From Antedon mediterranea (lineage: Eukaryota > Animalia > Echinodermata): 64,000 nt of DNA. The position numbers and the translations under genes were made by a program. This document shows, one piece after another, positions 47,701-62,700 of the stretch. The stretch covers positions 22,028,871 through 22,092,870 of the forward strand of contig NC_092676.1 of the NCBI RefSeq assembly GCF_964355755.1. Direction: 5' to 3'. The first letter of the stretch is position 1; each line of letters begins with the position of its first letter. A model generated the notes under the pieces. It made no database searches and was not told the DNA's origin. It saw only the letters and a program-made list of their open reading frames with translations.

Positions 47701-50700
47701 CTGCCCAAGCCTCATGCAAGACAAAATTAAAAGACTATAGTCAACAAGCTATTCAGGGGCCACTTTGATGGGTCTTGAAAGTGTCCAGTTATGGTTTCTA
47801 CTGTATTAGCAAACATTAGCCATGAAAAACAGGCTCCATAGTAACTGAATACTTACCAAAATGCATCCTCCTCATTTAGGTAGAGCAGAGCAATGGCTGC
47901 CAGTCTATTTAGCCCCTGACAGTAGCCTATCATAGGATTGTGGACACTGTAGGCCAGTAGCACCTTCCTTAGTTTAGGAATCTATAGTTAATAATAATTT
48001 TTAAAATAGCCTAGCTTACATAATTTACATAACTGACAAGATCTCTCCAGTCATTTCTGGTTTGTGCAACTGCTTTTATTTTTTAAATAAACTAAGCAAA
48101 AATGTGTACTGTATCTTTTGAAATGCCGAATCTGTAAGATTAAAAGGACTGGTCTGATACATAAAGCCTTAATTTCAAACTTAAGCACTAACAATTTTGA
48201 CTTAAGCAGAGCAGAGCTCTGGCATTGGGAAACAATATTAACATGTACTAACATGGCATACTTACTCCATCTGAATCTAAGTTTAAGTAATGCTGGTTGT
48301 TTGGCAATGTTCTTAGGAGGTCCAATTCAATTTGTTTCACTGCAGGACTGTGTTGGTATTTCTTTTAAAAAAAGTAGAAAGTGATGAATTTGGAATAGAT
48401 ATCTAGGTGATGGACAACTTACATACAGGTATATATCCACAGAAACCCACTTTCCGAAGTTCTGTGTCTGCCAAACTTATTTTCCCTGTCTACCAGGGGA
48501 TCAGCAGCTATCTAATCAAGTGCTTAGAAGCATTGGGCAATAAGCGCTGTATAAGAACAAGTATTATTATCAATATAAAATGGCAGAACATGAGAATGTT
48601 ATGTGGGGCACTGCTTCATGTTATATAATAGTATTGTATCAAAACTGCCGGTTAAAATAATAAAAAGAAATGAAGTATGCATTTTGTAATAAAACTTTTT
48701 AGTATTTAATATTTCATTAGTGAGGTACTTATGATTTGAAGTTTCCTTACTGTAGCATTCCTTTTCATCAGTGAACAGTGGTTTCAATTACTAATCGTAC
48801 CTGCACAATTACATTTCTCTGCATTTTGTTGATATAAATCATAAAAAATGAATGGCTGGCCTACCTTTCTATCTAACAGTTTCATGTAGTATGATGCTCC
48901 GTACATTTCTCTATCTTTCTTCACAAATGAATCTATGCAGCTAGAATTGAGAGGCAGATGTATATATAATATAATAATATGTACAATTTAGCTTTTTATT
49001 CTCCAAAAATAGTAATTAAAAGCACAGCCACTGTGGACAGAGTGCCATTTTGTGGCAGCTAGGCACTAAGGAACTTCTTACAGAAAATGAAAGAGTTTGT
49101 GTTTGGTAACATAGGGAATTAAACATTGAGACACTTGTCAGTGTAGAAAGCTTATAAACAAAATCCATACTTTGTTTTCATTATAATTAACTTATTTTAT
49201 ACATAACATCATTTTAATAAATCTATAAATAATAACAGTATAAATCATTATTTAAGTTTTTACAGAATTTTTGAAAATATTCTTAGTTATTTATTATTTG
49301 CTTTTATTTTTATTGCCAATATTTATTATTTTTCAAGGATGCTTGTGCCATGCACCGATCTTACAATATGCATCCTCCATGTATTAGTTGTAGTGGAATG
49401 TGGAAATAAATTGAATTGAATTGAATTATTACCCTTTCCAAACATGAGCTCTAAATTCATGAGGGATTCCTTGCCGTACAAGTGACTTCAGTTCAGGCTT
49501 AAAACAGAAATAAAAATAAAAATAGAAATAGAAACAGAATATTAGGACACACTTTGTAGGAATTGGGTACTGGCATTCTTTGTCTCTGGCCCAGAATATG
49601 TACAACATTTGTTGTACGTTATTGGTGTTTCTAAATCAATATACAAATTTAGATAATATGTTTGATAAATTGATATTTGACATGAGTAAACATAATTTAT
49701 TATTAGACAGGTATGTATAATAAAATGATGGAATGAATTGTTTTCTGAGTTTTAAATAAAATGGGCAAGTTAAAAGGAAATGAAATTCTTTGAATTAAAG
49801 TCTATTTGAGAAGGAGTTTGAACACTCTCTCAACGTTATACTAGTTTATACTAGAATCACACAATCTTTTTCATACAGAAGGGTGAAAAACTGTGACAGC
49901 ATAATTGCCGTAATTTGACAAGAGCCCATAAAGCTCTATCAAACTTTATATGATGTCACATCACTACCATACTTGGACACCGTAATTTGACAAGAGCCCA
50001 TAAAGCTCTATCAAACTTTATATGATGTCACATCACTACCATACTTGGACACATCACACTTTTTTGTCAAACTAGTTTGATAGTGTTTACAGAGCTTAAG
50101 AATTCAGCATTAATTTCCTTAAGCATGTTTCCCAAGAAATGATGTAAATGTAAGTGCAACACGATCAAGTTGACTAATGAAAAGTGACAGTTTGTATCCA
50201 TTGCTTGGGACTGGTCAAATTATTTGCATTGCACTTACGTTCTTGTGTTGCGTCCTAGTAGGAACCAAGCTTTAAGGCAAAGAATGACTTTCTAAATGTT
50301 ACATTATGTACTGAACGTGGTGACATGGTGTGTAGAATTGAAATATACTTACTGTTTTTATAAGATCTCTATCTCCTCGGTTTACAAAATAATTTTCCCA
50401 TTTCACAGACAATGATATTTCCATATCTCTCATCTTTGCCTGCAGATAAAAATATATTTTTATAACTTCAGAAATTACTCTCTAAAATTGTAATGGACAT
50501 ACTTTCAATATGAACACTGTAATTTACTGCACTGCAAAAGCAAAACATGTAAGTTTGCCAAAACTTCATAAGAAAGAAATACCAAGGAAAATTGCTTACT
50601 GATATTTCATCTGATCTTCTTTGGAATTGAGCAGCTCTTGATGCTAAGGTATCATCCATATCATCACCTGCAGTAACACTAAACCCATACTGGTCATATT

Positions 50701-53700
50701 CCTCAAATCTACACAAAATACAGGTAAAGGTAAACAAGTTAGATCACAAAGAAATTGATTAATACAACTGTAGTAATACTAGAGTAATTCATTTAACACC
50801 TACTGTACAGTAACACTGCCTCTCTGTACAGTACTTTACCTAGTAGGTTCAGTCCTTGCACTCTCCACTGCAGTTGATGAATCACTAGCAATGGCATCTT
50901 CCAACAGCCGAGAAATTAGATCATCAGCTTGTACACCATCTAATGCAACAAAACAAAACTTATTCTACTGTTTAATTAGGTAAAAGCAGTATAACTTGGT
51001 AAAACATGCAATGCACAGTGCAATTTACAGTGTACCATTGTCGGATTGTCAAAACAGGCATTCCAGTCGAACAATTTACAGTACCTAATTCTGTCAATGT
51101 CTTCTTTGCCCGATTTATAAAGCACACTATTATTATCAATAAAACACCATTCCATTAAGCAGAACTTTATTCTTAAAGAATAAAGTTCTGCAATATTGTC
51201 TGAACAAGATGTGGTTTAATGATCAGTTTTTATATTCAATCCAGCCATAATCAAATGAATTAATGAAGGAAAAGCCACATGACAAGAAGAAGTGATTTAA
51301 CATACCTCTTTGAGGAGCTTTTAACTCCTTTAGTAGAAGTAAATATTTGCTGTTAATTCTGCAGTAGCTTGCCTCCATTTCAGTATTTTGGCTTAAAATA
51401 AAACATGTAATACATACTTAAGTTTCTTTCATATTACAACAAATTGTTGTAATTTTTTACCCATCTCATTTCACTGATTTAGAGTTATTGGTACTTTTAC
51501 AGTTTGTCGCAGTAAAAGGCAAATTTTAAAATTGCACACCTTCATCGATAAAATGTGTCTCGACTAATAGGGTTCTCCCTAAACTTCGTCCTCTTACAGT
51601 AATTATAATGATTTCTGGTTCCAGTAGTTAAAAGGCTTTAACCCAGTCACTACCAACTTCGCATTTATGCGAATAGGACGCCACCACTCTCAGTGCCAAT
51701 TTTGCATAAATGTGAATAGGAAATACTATATTGTTTAAATTAAACAAATACTGTTGAAATCATTAACTTCCTTAATTATTGAATAGGGAATTTCAATAAA
51801 TATTTTCTGCAATGTTCACCCCAATTAATTCAGTTATTGCCTTATAAATGACTCACAATATCAACTCATGTCCACAATTTCAGTCTGAAAATGGTGTTAA
51901 AAGTAATCATATATTACCATGGCCGATGAAATGGCAAAATAAATGCACAGTGTACAATATATTACTTTAGGTTACAATAGTTAGTAGTAACCTAGATAGA
52001 ATTCCAAGATAACTATTCACAGGGACAACTACCACCTATACAACCGTGGAATCAATTACGTCCTGGACAACTACCCTTTTGGGACAATTACAGTGATCCA
52101 GAGAGTCCATCTAGATCTGACAGTTGAAATAAAAGTCAGCCTACACTAGAAAACTTACCCAATCAATGCCTTCTCCCTGATGCCATCGTTGGTACGTAGT
52201 TGATTTAATTCAAGGATTTCTTTGTTTAAAAACTTGTTTTGTGTTTCATATGCTTGTAATGAGTCCTAAAAGATGTAAAATGATTTACATAATCAATTAA
52301 TCCACAGTTGTTGATTTTTCAAATTTTTTTATGAGTATGAACTTAGTCTTGAGGAGAATCCTGCATCACAAATACATACTACTCCTTATTAAGAATCAGT
52401 TGCCAAAATCACAATTGATGCTTTAAAGAAAAGAATTATCATTTAGTATATACCCTAAAGGTGGTATTTCAACACAAAACTGAAAGCATCTCAACTCAAA
52501 AGCCCAGAACATTTAAACATAACTTGTACACACTGGTTCCATGTTCCTATGAATCGTCATGCACACGGTATTCGTATAAACCACAATTAGTTGTAATCAC
52601 TTCCATGTCGAAATAAGCACTTACACACTAAATTGGTTTAATAATTTGAACAAAGTGTTGAAGGTAATTTGATAAAATGCTGATAATAATTTACTTTTAG
52701 TTTATCAACTTCCTTAATGTCAACAATTGTCTTTGGGAGAGAAGTGCCAGTTGAAGTTGAATTACCGCATGTGGTATCACTTGTTAAATCATACCCATTT
52801 GCCTGGTCACCTGACTGATTACAATCTACTATAGCGCCATGAGGAGCTGGTCTCATAGGCTCAGCTGGAGTGCGATTTTCAAGTTCATACACCTTTTAAA
52901 AAGATAATAATATATTATTAAGAAGTATTATGTTTCTACATTTATGATTGAACCTTTCAATAAGCTGTGTTTGTAGCTTTAATAAAGATATTCACTTTTA
53001 GGGGAAAATAAATGGTTACATAAACCAGAATCCTATTGTCTTCCAGACAATGAACTTCCAGTTGACTATTTTTTCTTTTAAATTACAGTTTATGTATAGG
53101 TAAATAATGTTTTTTTAATCCAACTTTTGGTCAAAGTAAATTATAATTACAGTATTTTGTGACATTAAAATGTAAAATGGTCTATTTAATTTTTTTTTTA
53201 TTTACAGGTTTTTGTTTTTTTTTAAACATATTTTATTTTTTTTTAAATTAAGCATTTCATTGTCAACTACAAACAATGATCATTCTATCATAAAGCTTAG
53301 TTCCTATTGGAACGCAACGCAAGGACATAACCGCAACACAAGCAAGTTGACCAATGATAATCCATCGCTTGTGATTGGTCAAATTAGTTGCGTTGTGCTT
53401 ACGCCCTTGCATTGTGTTTTAGTGGCAACAAGGTTTGGGAAGAAAAAATAGACCTACTCTTGATGTTAGGTTCATAACTATCTCATCTTTTGCCATTATA
53501 AGTTCTTTAAACATGTTTACTTGTTCCTTTAACCCCATCACTTCTACTTCACAGGATCTTTAAAGAAAAACGAAAGTGCCCCTTTAATAAGGGTGTCTCC
53601 AAAAAAGGGATTCTACTGTATAAAAAAGGTAATAAAAATCCTATAAAAACACAAAAGAACAAAATTAGTATAATAGCATTTTACCTAAATATTTATACGA

Positions 53701-56700
53701 ATGAATTATCCACAAATAAAATCTATTCCAATTAATCAAACTCAATCAATCAATCATTATCTTTGCTAGTTACTATACTAACTATTAGTACTGGGACCCA
53801 GAAAGAAGTTAAGCACAGGTTTAGGTTTAGATGCAGAAAAAAAATATATATATTTAGAATATAATTATGTAGATTAACTTAACTATAAAAATGAAATATA
53901 ATTCTTTTTATTTACATGATTCTGAATTCATTGCTGTCTACAAGACAGTATAGGACTGTAAAGAACACATACCTAAATTGTTCTTTAATAGATTCTCTGT
54001 CACCCTGTAGTTCCCGTAGTAACTGTTCTAATTGCACAAGTTGCTTATTTTTCCGCTGTAGTATGAGTAACTTTTCTTGGTCTGTTTTACACTCTAGAAA
54101 TTGAAGACTGAAAAAAAAATAAATCAAAAACATTTTGGTTAAATTTGGCAAATCAACATTACGTCAGCTTAAGCTGCATTTGCCTATAGTAAATACAGTA
54201 ATATTGGACAATCTCAAATTCACTCAAAATAATTGCAAAAGAGCGCTATAATATACTATAGAAATTGATTGAGGTAATACAAGTCCAGTGGTTGAGTGAT
54301 TTAGGCAGGGGCCTCACAAACCAAAGACATACAACTGACACAGCTACGGCTCTCCTCGACCATAGTTCTGGTGGTAGAACAAGTCTTCTTAGATAAGTGA
54401 TTACTAGTTTCCAAGTGCATCTTTTGGAAGATTAGAGGTTTCCTAGTGCACTGGTCCATCTCAGCCCCTGTTGATCATATTAATGTGGCTGCCATGGATC
54501 TGTAAAGGGTCTAGTTCCATGATAATTGTGAGAAATCAAATTACGACAATAAACATAAAGTGAACTAGAGGGTACTCCGAGAGTACAAACCTCCGCCTAC
54601 TGTAAAATTTCCCCTACATAAAATTCCCCCTGAATATATTTTTTTAAACATTTTTTTTATTAGTTCTAAGTGTAAATAGGCTAACTGCACACGACAAAGT
54701 TGTGGATGACAGTATGGTGTAATGGTTATATATCCAGCCTCTCACAGTTGAGATCACTGGTTCAAGTCCCACTGAGGTTTTTTTTTAAATTATATTTTTA
54801 TTTCTTTTTTTTTTGTGGACCTTGATCTTTTACCCTGAACCTTCCAAATTTAACCACAATTATATGATAAGTCATTGATCATTGTGGCTAAGTTTGGTGA
54901 GAATCGGATAAAAAACTGTGTTCTCCAGGCAGTAAAATAGTTTTTTGTTAGTTGTGACCTTTACCTATGACCTTTTCCCCTCAAATTTGAACTCGTCCGA
55001 GCTTTTGGGGCATAGATCATTGTGGCCAAATTTGGTGACAATCGGATAAAAAGTGTGGCCTCCAAGCTGTTCACAGACAGACAGACACACACACAAACAT
55101 ACAGGAGTGAAAATATAACCTCCTTGGCGGAGGTAATAATTATCCAGTGTGCTTGTGAAACTCAAAATGAACTAGCACGGTTGACTAGTCACTAATACTA
55201 AAAAACTAGCCCTGACCTGGTAGCCTTCTCTAGGTTTGCAGCAGTGAGCTGTTGATGGAGCAGTGTGATCATCTCTTGTTTTGCCTTTGATTCATTCTCC
55301 ATTGCTTCACTCTCCTCTGCCAATGAACTTATTTGATGTTGTAACTAAGAAACAAAACATTAGAATAAAATTATATAGTGTAAACAAAAAACATTTTCAT
55401 TTCGTTTGTTTCTTATTTCAAATTACTTTACTCTGAAAAATAAAATGTTGTTCTTTACCTGTTGACATTTTGAACATGTGCTATCTGAACAAACATTACT
55501 GGATGTTAAAGAATTGCTTTTGGAAATCGGTGGAGTTTTTCTAAATTTAACAAGAAAATATCATTTTCAGAGGTCTATGACATTAGTGTAATATCATATT
55601 ACAAAAGCAGTGACATATACATTTCAATGCATCTTTAGTGAATTCGAGAAAGAGTATAACAACATGTGCTACAGTATATCAAAGACACAACAAGAAAAGA
55701 TACCAGAAGCTGTTTCTTTCTTTACCATGGGAAATGTCAAACAAGACTTTAATCAAATACATTTGGAGGTGGGATTTTCCCTCCTTTGAAGCTGTAGGTA
55801 AAGTTACAGTACAGTTAAGATAAATACTTGATCACGTACAAAATATATATATATCTTTGTCTCATGTGTTTATATTATATAATTATATCTAATATACTAA
55901 CTTTCTAAACGTTGACATAAATCCTTCCTTAGGCTTGGCTTTTTCAGTTGTTGCTGGTTCTACATCAGCTGAATTCTGGTAATCTTCAGCTCCTGATGAC
56001 CCCCGCTTGTTGGTCACTACTCCCTCCATGCCACCAGATGACCTCTTTCTTGAAGGTAAGCTAGCATAGGCAAAAACATATATATTTCTATTGTATACAC
56101 ATTTTTAAAATTAAAACCACAAACTTGTATACACATTTTTATAATTAAAACCACAAACAATAACATACTGTAATATCGTAAACAATGCTTGTTCCAGTTA
56201 CACTTATAGAGTAACTAAATCTTAACAGCAAAGACCATTGAATTAAATTTAGAAGTTATCAGATTATTGAAATGAATAATAGATTAAAATGTCAAATAAA
56301 ATTGAACTTTTAGCCACTTCAAAACACTTCTGACAGGCTAAAAATATACCACATTGAACGTGATAAGAAATTCAAACAACACGTAAAACATACCGTATCT
56401 GATATCATTAATTAAAGTACCTTATTTGTGCCAGACTTTTGAGGTTGCTAAAAGCAGAGTTGAACATGCTAGCAGTCTGATTAGATTGAGTGGCAGACTC
56501 TCCTACTGAATGTTTTGGTGCCTCAAGTGGGTTCAAAATTTGAGAGTAAACTATTAAACAAGTAACAAATAATGTCCATTGACTTTTTATCTTTCATATG
56601 ATATTAATGATAACAATGGTGATTATGTAGAAAAAGAAATTATTTTGGAGATAACTAAGAGGATGATAATATATATGACGTTGACGATGATGATCAAGAC

Positions 56701-59700
56701 GATGATGATGATGACGATGTTGAAGATAAAGATAATGATGATGGTGATCTTGTTGATAGTGATACTACTGATGATACTGATGATGATGATGATGAGGTGA
56801 TAAGTTGATAGTGATGATAATTTTGTTGAAGATACTCATGATAAATAATAATAATCTTGATGGTGACACTGATCATGATACAGATGATAATGTTAATATG
56901 ATTGCAATGTGATGATGACTGTGATGATTAAAACAATGAATTCTATGGTAATGATAACTAAATTGGTCACCTGGACTTTGTTTTGATCCAACCTGAATTG
57001 CCTGTTTTGATCTTTGTGTGCTCACTAGTCCAGTAGTAGAGTACTAAATAAATACAACAACATAGTGTAGTGCATTAACAAAATCTATTCGGCATGATAC
57101 TAGCCCTGTAAGTAGGAATGATCGGTTCAAATCCCATCAGAGCCGTTTTTTTCAGAAATAATTTTGAATAGCATACCTCCTCCCCCCCCCCCCCACATTT
57201 CAATGAATAAAAAACACACCTAAAAAAAAGGGAAATTTTATTCAATTAACCTGCTGTTTCCATTTTGAATTACTGTCGAAAGGTAGACCTTTAAAAACAG
57301 CAGCGCAATCAGATCAGTTGAAAATAATAGACAAATAATAGATGCCAGAAATTTAATATCAATGTAATATAAAGTATTGAATGTACCTTTTCATTCTGGT
57401 TTTTTCTAGAACGTGCAAAGCAGGTCTGCAGTAAGCTGTACTGCCTACGCTTCTCCTAAATATAAAAAAAAAAAAATATTAAAAATCAACAAAACAACTC
57501 GCAGTAAATTCCAGTTCATACATATTTTTACAGCTTGTTTCATTTCCAAGGGCCACCAATAGCAACATAAATCCACCACTCACATGATGGTATTAAAATA
57601 TACAAGATTCAAACAATGCGTGCAGAAATTCTGCAAACGACCCAGTTTGACCTGTGCACAAAACTAATTTTCTTATTACATATAACATACAACTCATTGT
57701 TTGTCTCCATTTGCAATAAATCCCTATGCATTCCTCTTACTCCTCAACACCTTTAAAGGTTCTTGCCAAACTGAGGTATGACTAGAGGTATGACACACCA
57801 TGTGTGCCAAAATGTTTTCTTTATTACCAAATTAAACTGAATCACCTTACAGAACATAGACTATAGGTTTTGATGAAGAATTTTACACAGTACAGTAGAA
57901 TGTAGAATATAAAAACTATTTTTTTAATCAGAGTGCGCTTACCCATCACAGTGGAGATAATTATTTAGAAAATCAATTTTTATTATTACCATATGGTGAG
58001 TGATTTTAATTGTTCTTTGACGCAAATTCATCATAAATATGACTGAATTATTTAATTTTTAATGTAAGTGTTGGCAAAGCTCCCATAAACAATTTATCAA
58101 GAACACGTAGCAATAATTGAATAATTGGAACTTATTCAAAATGAATTTAATTCAAATGAATCAGAATTATTAAATTATAAACCATATACATCCTGTTAGC
58201 ACAAATTATATTTAAAGTTTGGTTTCCAGTAAAAGTACAATGCATTATTTTTGCTATCAAAAGAATAGCAACCATCAATTTTTTTCAGTTTTCCTTACTT
58301 AATATCTACAGCCATAAGACATACAAGTAAAGTGAAACCAGGAAATTCACTCATCCCTGGTAAAACACACTAAAAGTATAGTTTAAAATATTGGTATATT
58401 GTTTAATATTATCAATAAGAAGTGTTTATAATTATGAAAGATAGTACTGTTTAAAATGCGTTTATTTCTTCTCCAAAAACAATTAACAGAGGTTTAGAAA
58501 CCCATCCTCCTTTGAAAGATTTAAAAAAGGAAAATGGTTTAATAAATCTACAAAAACTTTTCTGGGAGAGGATACCATTCAGCCCAGCTGTTGTTAACAT
58601 CCTGGATCTGTTCTTACAGTTTGCTATGAAAACATATTTGTTTAATTAAAGCCCCATTCCCTACGTTTTTTAGATCTAATTTAAGATCACAAACTATATT
58701 TAATGTAAAAATAATACTATATGGTCCTATTGCGATAACTTTTTTCGTCTTTAAAGGGGGGTTCCGGGTTTAAAATGAATAGTAAAAAATGTAAAATATA
58801 TTTGTTTGTCTCTTGAACGGTAAAAGTTTCAATTTATATAAGCGCCCAGTGAAGCAGAACGAAGGCTGTGAAATGAGGCCAGATTACAAGTGCAGCTACG
58901 GCAATATGACACTGTGTTACAGAATAGGAAATTCGTGAAATGGTCAATCTTCCGACGACTCGTTATCATTAACCATATCAATTACTTTTGTAAAATTATA
59001 CTTATCTGATGTAATTTTAGTTGGTCTTCCCATTTATAAAGTCAATGTTCTATGAAAATTCATCAAAACAGTGAAAAATTAGATATGTTTGCACTTTACG
59101 TTTGCCGATTTTCGCACTGACTTAGGGAAAGCCTTCAAAATCAATGAAGCGTAACGTATACATTCCTGCTGAGAGCGAGGAGAGCGAGACGACGATACAC
59201 GTGCTCTATCTACCCATGCCTGGCATCGTCACGTGATAAGCAGATACAGTATACAATACCAAACTGGTCGGGTCGAGTATACCCCGTCTATAATTACAAC
59301 ATGAACGATGTACAGTATTTGATTGAAGGTCGACTCGACCTACCGCAATGGTATAGATAATATAGCTCGAATGAGAGAGTTGGAATATTTGTAAACATAA
59401 GTATTGCTAATTTTAAGAAGTGTAGCCTAGTAAAAGGCCTGGTAGTATCAATTCGCATAGGGTCTACTACACTAGCTAGCTCAATTTTTAACTGGGCCGG
59501 ATCGGCTAGGTCTCCTTCCTACTACTGGTCTACTTGCTTGATGCAGTAGTATCCGCTTTTTTGGAGAGTAAACTAGGCCTATTTTAGGCCTACTTAGACG
59601 ATCGGGACATCATACGTGCGGACGGCGAATGGCGATATTTACAGCCGATTTTGCAGAATGTTTTAGGTTTAGATTGTTTAGGAGTTTGGTTGATAGGATG

Positions 59701-62700
59701 GGTTTGGAATCCACTGAGTTTTGTTATTTATGGGCCAATCGTTTAGTAGTGGGCCAATCGTTTAGTAGTAGGCTAGCTAGGCCCATGATGGGCCCCAATG
59801 TTTTAGCGTTTTAATCTCTAGTCAGAATGGCTCTCACCCATGAAAAAAAAATGATTTAGGCTAGGCCTAGCCTAGTACGTGAAGCCGATAGTACGATCTG
59901 TACTATTCGAGGTATAAAAATAGTATATAATTTATGACTCCGTAATCTGTACTAAATTTTGTATTTTATTAAATGTCAAATAAATATATGCTACTACTGT
60001 TATTATTACACATTAGGCCTAGCTTAGAAAACCTACAAATAATGTATTTCACAATGATCGGGTGGTCGTCGTTTGACAGGGGAGATTGAAAAACACAACG
60101 TACATGACGTCGCGAGTTTGGAATCCACTGATGACGTGTTTTGTGAATATCTCATGAATATTAATGAGCTTCCCTAAGCTGCTGAAAAACAGACTTTCCA
60201 TGAATTTACCCTAAAATGTATATGAAATTTTATTTTTTTATTTCTCGTTATTATTTCTTCATTCTGACATGTCTATATTTTTATAATATTTTTTATTTAA
60301 TAAATAAACGATATTTAAAAGCAATTTTAAACCCAGAATCCCCCTTTAAACGGTTAAAAATGTGAAAAATACATCGATTCTAATAATTATAGCGGCCCGC
60401 TATAAATCCCAAAATGCATTACGCGCGGATTGATATTTTTGTTTTTCACCTGTAATTCGCCCACTTTTCGATCGATCGTGAAGCCAAAACAAATGGAAGA
60501 CTCCTAACTTTTCAGCGAAAATACCGGGTTTTCCCCAATTTGTATCAACGGAGTCTGGCAAAAATAGAAAGACAATTAATGCAGCAACTATACAACGTCA
60601 GGCTAGGTATATAGCTAGCGTACGATGTTCGTACGTTATCGATGTTTACCAGCTAGGCCTACAAAACTAAGCCTAGCTAGGCTAGGCCTAAGACCGTCCA
60701 CGAGAGGTCGATCGCCGCGAGCTACTTAGGTAGTGCATTGTTTCTCACTTTTTATCATAATTTACCATAAAACGTACATTTAAGACAAGGAATGACATGG
60801 TTTAATGTTTTTAAAGTGATATATATGTAGTATTTTCCAAAAAACGTCCAAAATTGCAGGGAAGGGGTCTTTAAATGACATTGTTATTAGACAATATCTA
60901 TATAGATCCGCCCTTGAAAAAAGTTTTTTTCTCTGAAAAAAGTAGGCCTATCATACCACCAGATAGCAACCAGTCTTGCCTCTGTCTTAGGATGGATACA
61001 ATTTCTAGGTAGACAACACTTTTTTAAAATACATGCACATTGGGCTAGTAGAAATTACCAGTTATCATGACTACGCAGAAAATAACAACTGCAAAAAAAT
61101 GTTCTATTGATTTTACTAGCCCGCATGCCACTATTTGGTAGCCCACATAATGAAACTTGTTTACACTAACCTGAAGCTCCTGTAACCAATACATCATTGT
61201 GTGTCGGTCATTCGCCTGCAGATGATACTGTCGCCCATCAGAGCTGAACAAACCGAGGCATAAAAACAACAAATAGCATATAGTAGAAAACACCTTACTA
61301 GTGTTTCCTGCCAATAATCAAAAACTAATTTGTCATCAATTACACAAAGCATTAAAGAACACTTACTGTTGATTAAATTTAGGTTATTAATTCAAGATTG
61401 AAAATCTAAACATCCGATAGGAACATGCAATCAAAATAACATCGCTCTCCAGGCTTAATAATATTAATAGACTATCCAAACATTAAAATAAGTACAACTG
61501 GTGATGTTACAATTCCTGCACTGTGTATCAAACAACACTCACTGTAGTAAAGGAAATAACACTGTAAAAGAATATCTCTTCACAATGTTGATGTGTATCA
61601 GTGCATTGTTATTCAAAATTCATTTTTTTTGCTACAAAATCTAGAGATTAAAGAACAAAGGCATTTTTTAGGCTTCATTTCACATATTATACAAAATTCC
61701 CAAAGAAGAGGTATCAGAAAAATTAGCAAGTAAAGAACAGATTCAATTTAAAGTATAGTTTGCTATTATTATGGTTCCCTTTGTAAAAATATTCAATAAA
61801 AATCAGTGTTGGTGCCCACATTTTTCCCATGAAATACAACAATCAAATCTTTGTCTACGTTTAAAGCTACAGTATGTTAAAGATCTGTCTACACTATCAA
61901 ACTAGTTTGACAAAATAAAGTGTTATTTGCCCAAATATAATAGTGATATGACCAAATATGGTAGTGATATGACATCATCGGGTCCATATATGGGCACATC
62001 AAAAGTTTTTGTCACATAAAGTTTAATAGTGTAGACAAAATAAAAACAAAGTGCTTAGTACTATCAATGACCTCACAGTAGGTACAATATTATTTTCCAG
62101 ACAGATTACTAAACTACATTTGACTCTCTTTGTCTGTCCACTGTAACTTTCATTTTTCATAAATCAAGTTTATACAGTACTTTTATAATTTACTATTTTT
62201 TCAGACAATAGTTCATTTATCCCACAGCAATGTTATAATCATTATTTAAATCTCTGTCTATGCTATCATACTTTATGTGATGTGCCTATGGACATGATGG
62301 TGTCATATCACTACCATATTTAAGAATATCACTACCATTATTTGAGCACATCACACTTTTTTGTCAAACTAGTTGATAGTGTAGACAGAGCTTTAAAGAA
62401 ACTTGCTAATCAGTAGGTGAAATTTTTTTTTATTTATTTATTTTTTTAAAGATTTTTTGTACGTTTATCACAATTTGTTATTGATGGTGCAGGAGGTAGA
62501 GAAGACAAGACTATAGCGGAGAGCTGAAGGATGAGCGCCCCCAGTCGGGATCTACAAACCCTGTCTTATAAAAATTATTTCTCACCTGATATCGAAGTTA
62601 AACTGTCCATTCTCCTGAGAGGCAACGTCATAGTTGAATGATGCTGTAGATATATCAATGTGCCTAAATAAAAATAATGAAAAAAAGAAAGTTCATTTCC

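Noticed and set aside
56579-56876. Met-rich and Ser-rich ORFs
   Set aside because: Translation of the (GAT)n microsatellite.
57251-57288. 38-nt candidate exon in TBC1D2
   Set aside because: It would break the phase between flanking exons that already join in frame.
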